Of a DNA stretch of 64,000 nucleotides, positions 38,651-50,225 are shown piece after piece. The number at the start of each line of letters is the position of its first letter. The stretch's first letter is position 1. The notes beneath the pieces were generated by a model. The model did not search any database. It was not told the DNA's origin and saw only the letters and a list, made by a program, of their open reading frames with translations. The position numbers were made by a program, and so were the translations under genes. The stretch lies in the NCBI RefSeq assembly GCF_006345805.1, contig NC_043003.1, positions 106,702,001-106,766,000 of the forward strand, given 5' to 3'. This DNA is from Octopus sinensis. Lineage: Eukaryota.

Positions 38651-38984
38651 ATAAGACAAATATGTATGTATGTGTATGTATATATATATATACAATTTAA
38701 GAACTTTGTAATTTAAAAACTTTGTATTGTTGGAAAGCATATATGGTCTGCTTGGAATCTTGCTTCAAGTTCCTGGAGCTCACGTCTATAACTTTATAAG
38801 TATATTTACACTCTCTAAGATGTTTGGAAAACCTATATGAAATTACCTGAAGATTACTTAACATTATATTTGCTGTAATATTTGCAGCTTTAATAAATTT
38901 TTATAGTATGAAACAATTGTACTAAACTACCGATCCATTCTTGTTGCTTATTTTTTGGTTATATATATATATATATATATGATC

Positions 38985-39268
38985 ACATGACCAACCAGAC
39001 CATCAGATGTTGCTACACATCGCTGGTCACAATGCGTTCGCATTGGTTTAGCCTTCGAATGACGCCACCCTGCTGGCTAAGCGAGCAGGCCAACAGAAGA
39101 AAGAGTGGTGAAGGAGTACAGCAGGGATCACCACCCCCTGCCGGAGCCTCGTGGAGCTTTAGGTGTTTTCGCTCAATAAACACACACAACGCCCGGTCTG
39201 GGAAGCGAAACCGCGATCCTACGACCGCGAGTCCGCTGCCCTAACCACTGGGCCATTGCGCCTCCACA
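38985..39268 (-). mobile_element. SINE family D
   Basis: Reverse copy with A/B boxes. Confidence 0.9.
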
Positions 39269-39487
39269 TATATATATATATATAATACAAAAATGGGACA
39301 AAGAATGCAAAACACCCAGACAGACGATATAAAGAAAACAAGGATTTTTGTACCATCTTTCTGAATGTTTTGTTGTCCCTTTCTTGTATCACCTAACTGT
39401 CTGGATGTTTTGCATTCTTGTCCCATTTTTGTATTTTTTATATATAAAATATAGCGGCATACATACACTTTGGTCTCTTATATACAT

Positions 39488-39533
<46 letters not shown>

Positions 39534-39756
39534 ATATATATATTACGGAGATGTACTTGCATAGCAAGTGACCTGATCCGAGATCATGTGCTGGAACAAA
39601 AACAATTCCAGCATGGAAGGTGTTTATAAGCCATTTAAGAAACACACAAAATCCGTTAGATTCACTTCAACATTGAAATTTCATTTGTCAAAATATTTTC
39701 GGCGCTTTGAGACCGCGACCTGTTCACTGACAAAATTATATATATATATATATATA

Positions 39757-39862
39757 AGGCCCTGCTCGATCTGTAGAAAAGGTGTAGGTAGAAACTCTAT
39801 AAGATGTACCCAGTGTAAGCAATGGACACATATGAGGTGCAGTAATATCAAATATTCATGTT
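39757..39862 (+). mobile_element. RTE LINE PHD-finger-like fragment
   Basis: PCSICRKGVGRNSIRCTQCKQWTHMRCSNIK. Confidence 0.7.
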
Positions 39863-39951
39863 GGAGTTTCTGGTGCAAATGTCAAGCAGTACAGCATGTA
39901 ATTTACAAATTCCTGGCAGAATAAATGGTATCATGGTGCTGTTTTTCTCAC

Positions 39952-39978
39952 TGACTGTGCCCAACTGACCCTACCATA
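39952..39978 (-). CDS. Speculative distal exon (YGRVSWAQS)
   Basis: ttttgattttgtcaactacacag| acceptor, TCA|gtgaga donor, 27 nt, phase 0->0. Confidence 0.25.
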
Positions 39979-40077
39979 CTGTGTAGTTGACAAAATCAAA
40001 AGCAAACAATAAACATGTGTGAAATTAAAAATATAAAATGGCAACAATTAACCCATCACACCCTGTATATATATAAA

Positions 40078-40281
40078 TGTATTTCTTTACTACCCACAAG
40101 GGGCTAAACACAGAGAGGACAAACAAAGACAGACAAACGGATCAAGTCGATTACATCGACCCAATGCATAACAGGTACTTAATTTATCGACCCCGAAAGG
40201 ATGAAAGGCAAAGTCGACCTCGGTGGAATTTGAACTCAGAACGTAGCATTTCGCCTGGTGTGCTAACGTTTCTGCCAGCTC
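40078..40281 (-). mobile_element. SINE family B
   Basis: Reverse copy. Confidence 0.85.
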
Positions 40282-40404
40282 GTATATAAATGGTCATTTT
40301 GACAGCTATATTTAGCATACTGGTACTGCTTGTTAGTACCTTTAATTATTTATTTATAATTTTTTACCGTTAGGGACATTTTACGCATGCTAAGACACTG
40401 ATAT

Positions 40405-40740
40405 TATCATCATCATCATCACCATCATCGTTTAACATCAGCTTTCCATGCTGGCATGGGTTGGACAGTTTGACTAAGGACTGGTGAGCCAGGAGGCTGC
40501 ACCAGGCTCCAATCTGATCTACCAAAGTTTCTACAGCTGGATGCCCTTCCTAACATCAACCACTCCGAGAGTGTAGTGGGTGCTTTTACGTGCCACCGGC
40601 ATGAGGGCTGATGAGGCGGTACTGGCAATGGCCACGCTCAAATGGTGTTTTTTCACGTGCCACGGGTACAAGTGCCAGTAAGGCGACACTGGTAACAATC
40701 ACACTCGAATGTTACTTTTTACATGCCACCAGCACAAATA
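40405..40740 (-). mobile_element. RTE-tail retroposon family C
   Basis: Reverse copy with a (CAT)n tail. Confidence 0.85.
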
Positions 40741-41902
40741 TCCTCATATATATTTAAATAATTTCTATTCACTTTGATCAACTTTTTTTAATTTGCTGCG
40801 GCATTAAAAACAGTCATCGTCCACATTGGCGGGATGAATAATCTCTATGACCATGGGGTCAGTGAGACTCACTCAAGATGAACTCAGAGTTTTACTCCAA
40901 GTTTGAATTCATGATGATGTGGCTATGTCTGACTTTTGCAATTTTCGATTATTTTCATCTTTGGTATGAGGTTTTAGGATTTTTAATCTTTTGCTCACTT
41001 CCACCTTTGTGTTTAAGTGAAAATTTGTGGTATGGTCATTTTGACTGCTCTTTTTAGCATGCCAGTACTGCTTGTTAGTACCCTTAATTATTGATCTATA
41101 TATATATATATATTTCGTTTTGGATTTGGTTTGCAAGATTCTTTATATGAGTTGTGTGTTGAAGCATATTCTGTTGTGTCTGGGGAGAGTCATTCTCTTT
41201 TTTCGTTGTGTCTTGCAACCTTTTCAATAGTCTTGAAAAGGTTGCAAGATGCAACGAAAATTTTAGGAAAATAAAAATAAGAAATAAGTGGAAATTTTAC
41301 CAGTGAGTGTGTTACATTATAAGGCACAAAAAGAAAATGACTCTCCCCAGACACAACAGAATATATATATGTATTTTCATTTAAAGATAGTAGGCCCCTT
41401 CATCTCACCCACATAAAAAAGAATTTTTATTTTAAATACCTACTACTTTATAACTTGGTTACATAACTTCTCTAAATGAAAATATATATTTCTTCATTGA
41501 GAATAATTTGAACCCCTACTATGCCGGAATTTTTATTCCCTAACAAATAAAATTAAATATATATATATTTATCTTTTATTAAACTTTTAATACTTTTGAT
41601 ATATAAAAATAAATTAATTAATTAATAAAATAATATATGAATATAAAAATATACATACATATATATATATATTTGTATATATATATATAAAATTTATAAG
41701 TTTAAATTATTTAAATACTTTTTTATTTTTAACTTTTATATTTTAAATTAATTTTATGTATTGGCTTATGTTTTTCACTGTTTGATTTGCCTAATAGTAG
41801 TTTTATCTCTAATTTAATATAATATAATATATTTATACTATAAAACTGGATTTAATCCTAAATCTCATTTTTCCCTGTAAGTTTGGATTTATTTCCTAAT
41901 AT

Positions 41903-41942
<40 letters not shown>

Positions 41943-42138
41943 TATATCTATTAAATTTAATAGTGTTCCCTTCTGGACTCTCCCACTCTGTGAGTGCCTC
42001 AGTTCAAATCGTACGTGTCTTGAATGGGCTGGAGTATTTCTATTTTGGATTTATTTGGGGTACTTAGTTGTGCTCATGACTTAGTGTTTGCTTCTTCCAT
42101 GAGTATGAGTAAGTAACTCTTTTACTTCTTTGCCACAT

Positions 42139-42194
42139 GTATCACTGACGAAGGGAGGGTTCTTTTTGAACTAACCCTGAAATCGGTCCGATAT
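42139..42194 (+). ncRNA. Type I hammerhead-like motif
   Basis: gtatca-CTGACGA-aggg...ccct-GAAA-tcg-GTC-cgatat; GUC triplet, stem I pairing with one proximal mismatch. Confidence 0.5.
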
Positions 42195-42274
42195 GGTAAT
42201 AATGGAATTTTTTTAGAGATTTCTGTCGGCCTTTTTTCGAGTAGCGTGCGTACTGGGAAAAAAAAAAAATTATA

Positions 42275-42617
42275 TGGTTCCGGGTTCAGTCCCACTGCGT
42301 GGCACCTTGGGCAAGTGTCTTCTACTATAGCCTCGGGCTGACCAAAGCCTTGTGAGTGGATTTGGTAGACGGAAACTGAAAGAAGCCCGTCGTATATATG
42401 TATGTGTGTGTGTTTGTGTGTCTGTGTTTGTCCCCCTAGCATTTCTTGACAACCGATGCTGATGTATTTACGTCCCCGTTACTTAGCGGTTCGGCAAAAG
42501 AGACCGATAGAATAAGTACTGGGCTTACAAAAGAATAAGTCCCGGTGTCGAGTTGCTTGACTAAAGGCGGTATTCCAGCATGGCCGCAGTCAAATGACTG
42601 AAACAAGTAAAAGAGTA
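42275..42617 (+). mobile_element. SINE family A (5' truncated)
   Basis: Near-consensus. Confidence 0.9.
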
Positions 42618-42687
42618 AACGGACAATATGTCCAATTTTCGGCATATTTGGCATTAGAAATTTTTTCGTTTGCCCTTATTTATAAGT

Positions 42688-42719
<32 letters not shown>

Positions 42720-42854
42720 TGAAGGGTTTCTTTCATTTTTCTTTTACCAAATCTACTCACAAGGCTTTGGTTGGCTTCAGGCTATAGTAGACGACACATG
42801 CCAAAGGTACCTGAGACTGAACCCAGTCCATCACAGTCTGAAAGCCCTGACTGA

Positions 42855-43345
42855 TTTGGAAAATGCCATAAGACTCCCAACAACCGAATACTTAAGTGGA
42901 ACCATCAGATGTATACCAACATAAACTGGTATCAGATGATTGACAGGGACCTTCAGCTGGTAATACTTATAAAGTAATGATGCACTGAGGATAACTGCTG
43001 ACCAACCTTGCTGGAGTACTTTGACTGCTTCATGCATCATCCAATGTGGGGGCACCTGAGCTTAAATAAGTGAGGGTTGTGTCATCCAACAGGATATATT
43101 TTTTATAAGATGACAGTACTTCTCTACATAGCCACCACCAATGGTGATACACTTCTCCCATCACTTTATGCAGCTGTGAAGACTTCATCTGGGGATGTCA
43201 GTTGGTTGTGTCTGGAGCCAAGACTTCATTATCTGAAAAGTGCTTCCCTTTCAAAAAATACCTCATGGTTGGAAAGAGGTAGAAGTCAGATGGTGCGAGG
43301 CCAGGAGAGTAAGGAAGATGAAGAAGGATTTCATCACAGCAGGGC
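42855..43345 (-). mobile_element. Mariner transposase remnant
   Basis: HLPYSPGLAPSDFYLFPTMRYFLKGKHF (YSPDLAP motif). Confidence 0.8.
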
Positions 43346-43614
43346 TGAATGACATGTGTGTGTGTCTGTGTCTGTATGTGTGTGTGTGTATGCATCTGTG
43401 TTTGTCCCCCCAATATCGCTTGACAACCGATGGTAGTGTGTTTACGTCCCAGTAACTTAGTGGTTCAGCAAAAGGAACCGATAGAATAAGTACTAGGCTT
43501 ACAAAGAATAAGTCCTGGGGTCGATTTGCTCGACTAAAAGGTGGTGCTCCAGCATGGCCACAGTCAAATGACTGAAACAAGTAAAAGAATATACCTTAAC
43601 CATTAAGCTACAAG

Positions 43615-43843
43615 GCAGCGAGCTTGCAGAAATGTTAGCACGCCGGGCGAAATGCTTAGCGGTATTTTGTCTGCCGTTACGTTGTGAGTTCAAATTCCGC
43701 CGAGGTCGACTCTGCCTTTCATCCTCTTGGGGTCGATTAAAGAAGCACCAGTTACGCACTGGGGTCGATATAATCAACTTAATCCGTTTGTCTGTCCTTG
43801 TTTATCCCCTCTGTGTGTAGCCCCTTGTGGGCAGTAAAGAAAT
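43615..43843 (+). mobile_element. SINE family B
   Basis: Full-length copy. Confidence 0.9.
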
Positions 43844-43994
43844 AATTAAGCTACAAGCCTTTACACACAAACACACACACCAATACTATCCCCTTTTCTG
43901 CCATCTTCCAAGCAGATACACTCTGATCCATATATGCCTACCATCTCTTTCTTACTAACTCCCCAGAAAACAGCATCGCCCACCACTTTCTAAC

Positions 43995-44208
43995 CCACTC
44001 CCTTCCTATTGCAGGTGTTATGTTTCAAAACCCCGCTGCAATAGGTGAAAATCTGTGAAGTAAAAACAGTACTGTACTGTATATTATTTTGTTTCTATAA
44101 TTTCTATAATTTCTATAATTTATTTTATTATAAACACAAAAACAGCACCACAAAGGAATCAACATAAGCTTAGATAATAAACCGTGATACGGCGAGGGAT
44201 TACTGTCC
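43995..44208. mobile_element. Tigger/pogo-like MITE
   Basis: End motif cagtaatccctcgccgtatcacgg and internal gtgttatgtttcaaaacccc...aggtgaaaatctgtgaag. Confidence 0.55.
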
Positions 44209-44866
44209 ATGCATACATGCATACATACATACATACATACATACATACATACAGACAGACAGACAGACAGACATACAGACAGACAGACATACATGCATAC
44301 ATGCATACATGCATGCATACATACAGACAGACATGCATACATACATACATACATACAGACAGACAGTCATGCATATGTGCATACATACATGCATACATAC
44401 ATACAGACAGACATGCATACATACATACATACATGCAGACAAACAGACAGACATGCATACATACATGCATACATACATACATGCAGACAGACAGACAGAC
44501 ATGCATACATACATGCATACATACATACAGACACACACACACACATACATAAATACATACATACATACAGACAGACAGACATACAGACAGACAGACAGAC
44601 AGACATGCATACATGCATACATGCATACATACATACAGACAGACAGACATGCATACATACATGCATACATACAGACAGACAGACATGCATATGTGCATAC
44701 ATACATACAAACAGACATGCATACATACAGACAGACATGCATACATACATAAATACAGACAGACAGACAGACATACATGCATACATATACATATATATGT
44801 ACACATGTATATATATATATTGTGTGTATGCATATATATATATATATGTGTGTGTGTATGTATATA
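44209..44866. repeat. (CATA/CAGA)n compound microsatellite
   Basis: Direct reading. Confidence 0.95.
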
Positions 44867-46534
44867 CGTAGGAAGTTCCAGAAAGATTTACCCATTGATA
44901 TTTTTTCTTAGTTATTCAAAATCAACTTAAGGCTGGATAATGAAATTTGGCACACACTTTCTAATGTAAATTGTCGTTAATCCATTGCAGTAATTATATT
45001 CCAAAATGACCACCTTTCACTTTGACCACAGCCTGCAAATCACTGACTTGCTTGACCACTGTACCACCTCTTCATCCAACTTGACCCATGAAAACAGAAG
45101 GGCTTTTTTTTCAAATCTGACACAATTGAATAGGAGTGGGCAGAAACATTACTCTCTAGGATGGGACCAGGTTGCAAAGTGCATGGGAAATGATGTTTGG
45201 ACTTGCGGGAAGTCATATCATCTTGTCCCCAACACAGCTGAAATGCCCTTTGCACCACCTCTGTATCAAATTAGACGCGTGGGTTGGAGCCCAGTCTTGA
45301 GTGAAGATGTATCACTCACCAAAGGTTGCTGTGATCCAGGGTAACACTTTCTCATCCAACATTTCCACATAAACTTCACTGTTGACCTTGATGCCAGCAT
45401 TGATGAACATCAAAGGAGACTTGGGTCCATTTGATGCAACGGCAGCCCACCCCTTGAGTAAAGCTGGCTTCTCATGGTGTAAACGACCCCTGCTACCTTC
45501 AAGCAAGACTCTTGCATTTTGTGCATAAATCCTAAAGCCTGTCATTCTTCCTGCTGGTAACTGCCTCCAGTGAAGATCTTCCCATTGGACCAGATCAATA
45601 CTTGTTAGCGACATGCTTTATCTTGTTGCTGAAAGTAATGGCCAGGATTGTTTCTTGTGTGTAGTTAACTTTAAATACTGTTTAAAATTCCTGTGCATTG
45701 ATGGCTTCAAAATACCAAAAGCTTTTACAGTTTTTCTTGCACTCCTGCCGTGATTTCAGTTCATTCACTTCTCCATGGCTTCAACAGTTTGTTTGCTATG
45801 AATTAATCGTTTCCTTCCAGTAATTGGCTTGCTGGAGGTAGTAGCAGACTCCATATACCATTTCCAGGTATTGAAAACTGTTTTACGGCATGCATTCGTG
45901 ATGTCATGTCCTTGCAGCTCACTCCAGCTGTTTTCAAAATGACAATCTGGTCACGTTTTGTTTTCGATGCCATGTTTGTTTACAAACCTGTTATAGACGA
46001 ACGAAACAATAGACACACAGACAAAAGACATATCTCTTTTTTCTCTTTTACTTGTTTCAGTCATTTGACTGCGGCCATGCTGGAGCACCGCCTTTAGTCG
46101 AGCAAATCGACCCCGGGACTTATTCTTTGTAAGCCCAGTACTTATTCTATCGGTCTCTTTTGCCGAATCGCTAAGTGACGGGGACGTAAACACACCAGCA
46201 TCGGTTGTCAAGCAATGCTAGGGGGACAAACACAGACACACAAACACACACGCACACACATACATATATACATATATACGACAGGCTTCTTTCAGTTTCT
46301 GTCTACCAGATCCACTCACAAGGCTTTGGTCGGCCCGAGGCTATAGTGGAAGACACTTGCCCAAGGTGCCACGCAGTGGGACTGAACCCGGAACCATGTG
46401 GCTGGTAAGCAAGCTACTTACCACACAGCCACTCCTGCGCCTATGCAAATATTTATTTAAAATGTAATATTTCCAGAACCAATATTCTTTAGGAAGAGTT
46501 TTAAAACATGGGTAAATCTTTCTGAGACACTCTG
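44867..46534 (-). mobile_element. Decayed Tc1/maT-type DNA transposon with a nested SINE
   Basis: Shared inverted end motif cagaaagatttaccca; interrupted transposase (WAAVASNGPKSPLMFI...YVEML..KVLPW...FTQDWAPTH); SINE at 46028-46442. Confidence 0.85.
46028..46442 (-). mobile_element. SINE family A nested in a Tc1-like element
   Basis: Near-consensus reverse copy interrupting the transposon. Confidence 0.9.
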
Positions 46535-46539
46535 TATAC

Positions 46540-47095
46540 ACTCACATATACATATTTTTACACACACACACACAGACACATGCATTCAGACACCCCCCCC
46601 CACACACACACATACACGTATGTCTGCATGTGTGTGTGTGTGTGTGTGTATGTGTGCGTGTGCATGTGTCTATGCATGTATATATGTATATATGCATGAA
46701 TGTATGTATACATGCATGAATGTATGTATGTATGTGTGTGTATGTATGTGTGTATGTATGTATGCATATATGTATGCATGCATGTATGTATGTGTGTGTA
46801 TGTATGTATGCATGCATGAATGTGTGTATGTGTGTATATATATATACATATATATGTATGCACATATGTATGTGTGTATGTATGTATGTACATATGTATG
46901 TATGCATATATGTATGTATGTATGTGCGTATGTATGTATGCATGTATGTATGTATGTAAGTATGCATGCATATATGTATGTATGTATGAATGTATGTATG
47001 TTTGCATGCATGTGTGTATGCATGTACGTATGCATGTACGTATGTATGTATGTAGTATGTATGTATGTATGCATGCATGTATGTATGTATGTTGT
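46540..47095. repeat. (TG)n/(TATG)n compound microsatellite
   Basis: Direct reading. Confidence 0.95.
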
Positions 47096-47155
47096 TGTAC
47101 CTGACCCTGAGATATGATATTCGTAGTTGTTATAAGAGAGTAACAAACAACTCAC

Positions 47156-47207
47156 TGAATCAATACAGTGCCAGGCGTCCAGCCAAAAGGTCAATAAATC
47201 ACCAATA
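47156..47207 (-). CDS. Speculative distal exon (IGDLLTFWLDAWHCIDS)
   Basis: catattgcag| acceptor, TCA|gtgagt donor, 52 nt, phase 2->0, only one frame open. Confidence 0.35.
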
Positions 47208-47263
47208 CTGCAATATGTCTATTGTCAAGACTATTGAATATTTGCTAGGTCAGTTCAGCTTAC

Positions 47264-47275
47264 CATAAATAGGTA
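47264..47275 (-). CDS. Speculative 12-nt microexon
   Basis: cattttgtacttctgcatag|TACCTATTTATG|gtaagc; the downstream intron would be only 56 nt. Confidence 0.2.
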
Positions 47276-47524
47276 CTATGCAGAAGTACAAAATGACTCG
47301 GTGGCATCGAAAGAGTTGCGAAAAGGGGTTAGGGTTTGTAGCAGACCCAGTGGTGGAACAGCTAGCTGCCTGGGGGCAGTGCTTGAGTCTTCTCTTGCAG
47401 ACCTCCTATGGGGCCTCTAGCTTAAAGAGGGGTTATATAGCAGATCCACAAGTGTCTAATCCCAGCCCACCCTCTGTTTAAGTGTTGCTTGGAGTGGACA
47501 TCTGCTACCTTGTTCCCCAGAAAT

Positions 47525-47872
47525 GAGGGGATGGGGGGAGGAGAGAGGGAGAGAGAGAGAAGAGAGAAAGAGATGGGAGTCGGAGAGAGAAGGAGAGTGA
47601 GAGTGAAGAGAGAGAGGGGAGAAAAAGAGGAAAGAGGGAGAGAGGGAGAGAGAGAAGGGAGAAAGAGATGGGAGTCGGAGAGAGGAGGAGAGTGAGAGTG
47701 AAGAGAGAGAGGGGAGAAAGAGGGAGAGGAGAGAGAGTGTGTATGACAGAAGGTGGGAGAAAGTGAGAGAGAGAGAGAGAGGGGAGAAAGAGATGGGAGT
47801 CTGAGAGAGAAGGAGAGTGAGAGTGAAGAGAGAGAGGGGAGAAAGAGAGAGAGAGGAGAGAGATAAGTGCAT
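47525..47872. repeat. GA-rich polypurine repeat with recurring gatgggagtcggagag units
   Basis: Direct reading. Confidence 0.9.
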
Positions 47873-48437
47873 GAGAAGGCTGAAGATGTGCGAGAAAGGG
47901 AGGGAGGAATCATAGGTCTTTGGTCATAGGCTACAGAGCAGATATTTGATCGAAGGTGTTCCATCCATGACCTCCACATCAAAGGTGTTCTACATGACAT
48001 AGAGTCCAGTGAATTACATTAATTAATGTGGCCTTTTTTTTATTAAATGGTGGCAGATATTGATTTGAGGGACATCTTTTAGGACAACATTACCAAACAT
48101 GTGTTCCTTCTTTTTAAAGATGATGTCATTTGAAGTAGATTTGGTTATTACTAATAGCAAGTCAAGCATCCGTACAGAAATTCCTTAAGGTACATTTTCG
48201 GGTGTTTAATTTCAAGAGAACCCTGACTGAGCAAATCCATGTTCAATACATTCCTGCATTGATTTTATTCCCATGTGAACTCCCAATCACTTTACCCAAA
48301 GGGTAATTTTTTTGAGACATTAGGGGTGAGTTGGAGGCCATTTGGCTGCTATTTCTTGCAGGTTGTGTTACCACAGAGAGGATCTTTCCTTGGATCAGCC
48401 GAAAGACAGTGTTTCCTATGAGTATTTTGTAGTTTAC

Positions 48438-48514
48438 ATCACAGTTCTAATGTTCTTGTGGCTTCTGCAAGGAGAAACAGGAACCAACTCAGGTGGAACT
48501 TCATCCAAGAGATT
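48438..48514 (-). CDS. Speculative distal exon (NLLDEVPPELVPVSPCRSHKNIRTV)
   Basis: tttcattgaattcag| acceptor, AT|gtaaac donor, 77 nt, phase 0->2. Confidence 0.25.
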
Positions 48515-48615
48515 CTGAATTCAATGAAATCACCAAGAGTGGAATCTTCTTAAAGATCTTCAGTTTTAGGAAAGAACTGGTCGTGTGATTCTGTTCCTGG
48601 ACTACTGACTTCTGT

Positions 48616-48688
48616 CATGTTCACACACATACACACACACACATACACACACACCAAACGCACACACACACACACCACACACACACAC

Positions 48689-48726
<38 letters not shown>

Positions 48727-49124
48727 AAACACACACACTCTTTTTCTCTACTCTCTCTCTCTCATTCTTTTCTCTCTGCTTTCTCTCCTCCTGCCTTTTT
48801 CTCTCTCTCCTCTCTCTCACTCCACTTCCTCCTTTCTCTTTCCCCTCTCCTCTCTCTCCCTTCTCCTCTTTCTCCCCTCTCCTCTCTTCTTTTCTCTCTC
48901 CCCTCTCCTCTCTCTCTTTCTCTCTCCCCTCTCCTCTCTCTTTTCTCTCTCTCTCATCTCTCTCCCCTCTCCTTTCTCTCCTTTCTCTCTCCCCTCTCCT
49001 CTCCCTCCCCCTCCTTTCTCTCTTTTCTCTCCTCTCTCTCTTTTCTCTCCTCCCTCCTCCTTTCTCTCTCTCCTCTCACTTCATCACACACACACACACA
49101 TACACACACACACATACACACACA

Positions 49125-49165
<41 letters not shown>

Positions 49166-50225
49166 ACACACTCTCTCTCTAATCTCTCTGCTCTCTCTCC
49201 TCCTGCCTTTTTCTCTCTCTCCTCTCTCTCTTTCTCTCTCCCCTCTCCTCTCTCTTTTCTCTCTCTCTCATCTCTCTCCCCTCTCCTTTCTCTCTCCCCT
49301 CTCCTCTCCCTCCCCCTCCTTTCTCTCTTTTTCTCTCCTCTCTCTCTTTTCTCTTCTCTCCTCTCTTTCTCCTCTCTCTCTCCTCCTTTCTCTCACTCCT
49401 CTCACTTCATCACACACACACACACATACACACACACTCTCTCTCTAATCTCTCTGCTCTCTCTCCTCCTGCCTTTTTCTCTCTCTCCTCTCTCTCTTTC
49501 TCCCTCCTCTCTTCTCTCTCCTTTCTTTCTCTCTCCTCTCTCTCTTCCTTCTCCTTTCTCTCTCTTCTCTCATTCCATCACACACATGCACGCACACGCA
49601 CACACACACACTCTCTCTCCTCTCTCTCCTCTCTCTCCTACTTCTCCTCATATACCCCCCTCTCCCCTTCCTTCATACACTCACTTACACACGCACTCTC
49701 TCTCCTCTCTCTAATCTCTCTTTCCTCATTCTTTTCTCTCTTTCCTCTCTCTCTCCTCTCTCTCTTTCTCCCCCCTCTTCTCTCTCCTTTCTTTCTCTCT
49801 CCTCTCTCTCTCTTCCCTCTCCTTTCTCTCCTCCTTTCTCTTTCTTCTCTCTCTCCATCACACACACACACTCCTCTCTCTCCTACTTCTCCCCATATAC
49901 CCTCTCTCCTTCCTTCATACACTCACGTACACACGCACTCTCTCTAATCTCTCTTCCTCATTCTTTTCTCTCTTTCCTCTCTCTCTCCTCTCTCTCTCTT
50001 TCTCCCTCCCCTCTTCTCTCTCCTTTCTTTCTCTCTCCTCTCTCTCTTCCCTCTCCTTTCTCTCCTCCTTTCTCTCTCTTCTCTCTCTCCATCACACACA
50101 CACTCCTCTCTCCCCTTCCTTCATACACTCATGTACGCACTCTCTCTCCTCTCTTCCCCTCTCACATTCCTCCAGCTCTCTTTCCCCTTTCCCTCCCTCC
50201 CTCACTCCCATCTCCTTCACACACA
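48616..50225. repeat. (CT)/(CA) compound satellite with higher-order blocks
   Basis: Recurrent ctctctctaatctctctgctctctctcctcctgccttttt blocks separated by (CA)n. Confidence 0.95.

Noticed and set aside
39670-39735. Hammerhead-like geometry on the minus strand (ttgtca...GAAAatatt...tgacaa), also near 2290-2335
   Set aside because: Both copies read GTGAA instead of CTGANGA, so the catalytic core is absent.
44015-44044. Plus-strand exon candidate MFQNPAAI
   Set aside because: Lies in the terminal region of a Tigger-like MITE.
44159-49714. Long ORFs of 145-365 aa (MYVC/HTYI/SLSP-rich)
   Set aside because: Translations of stop-free microsatellites, open on several frames and both strands.
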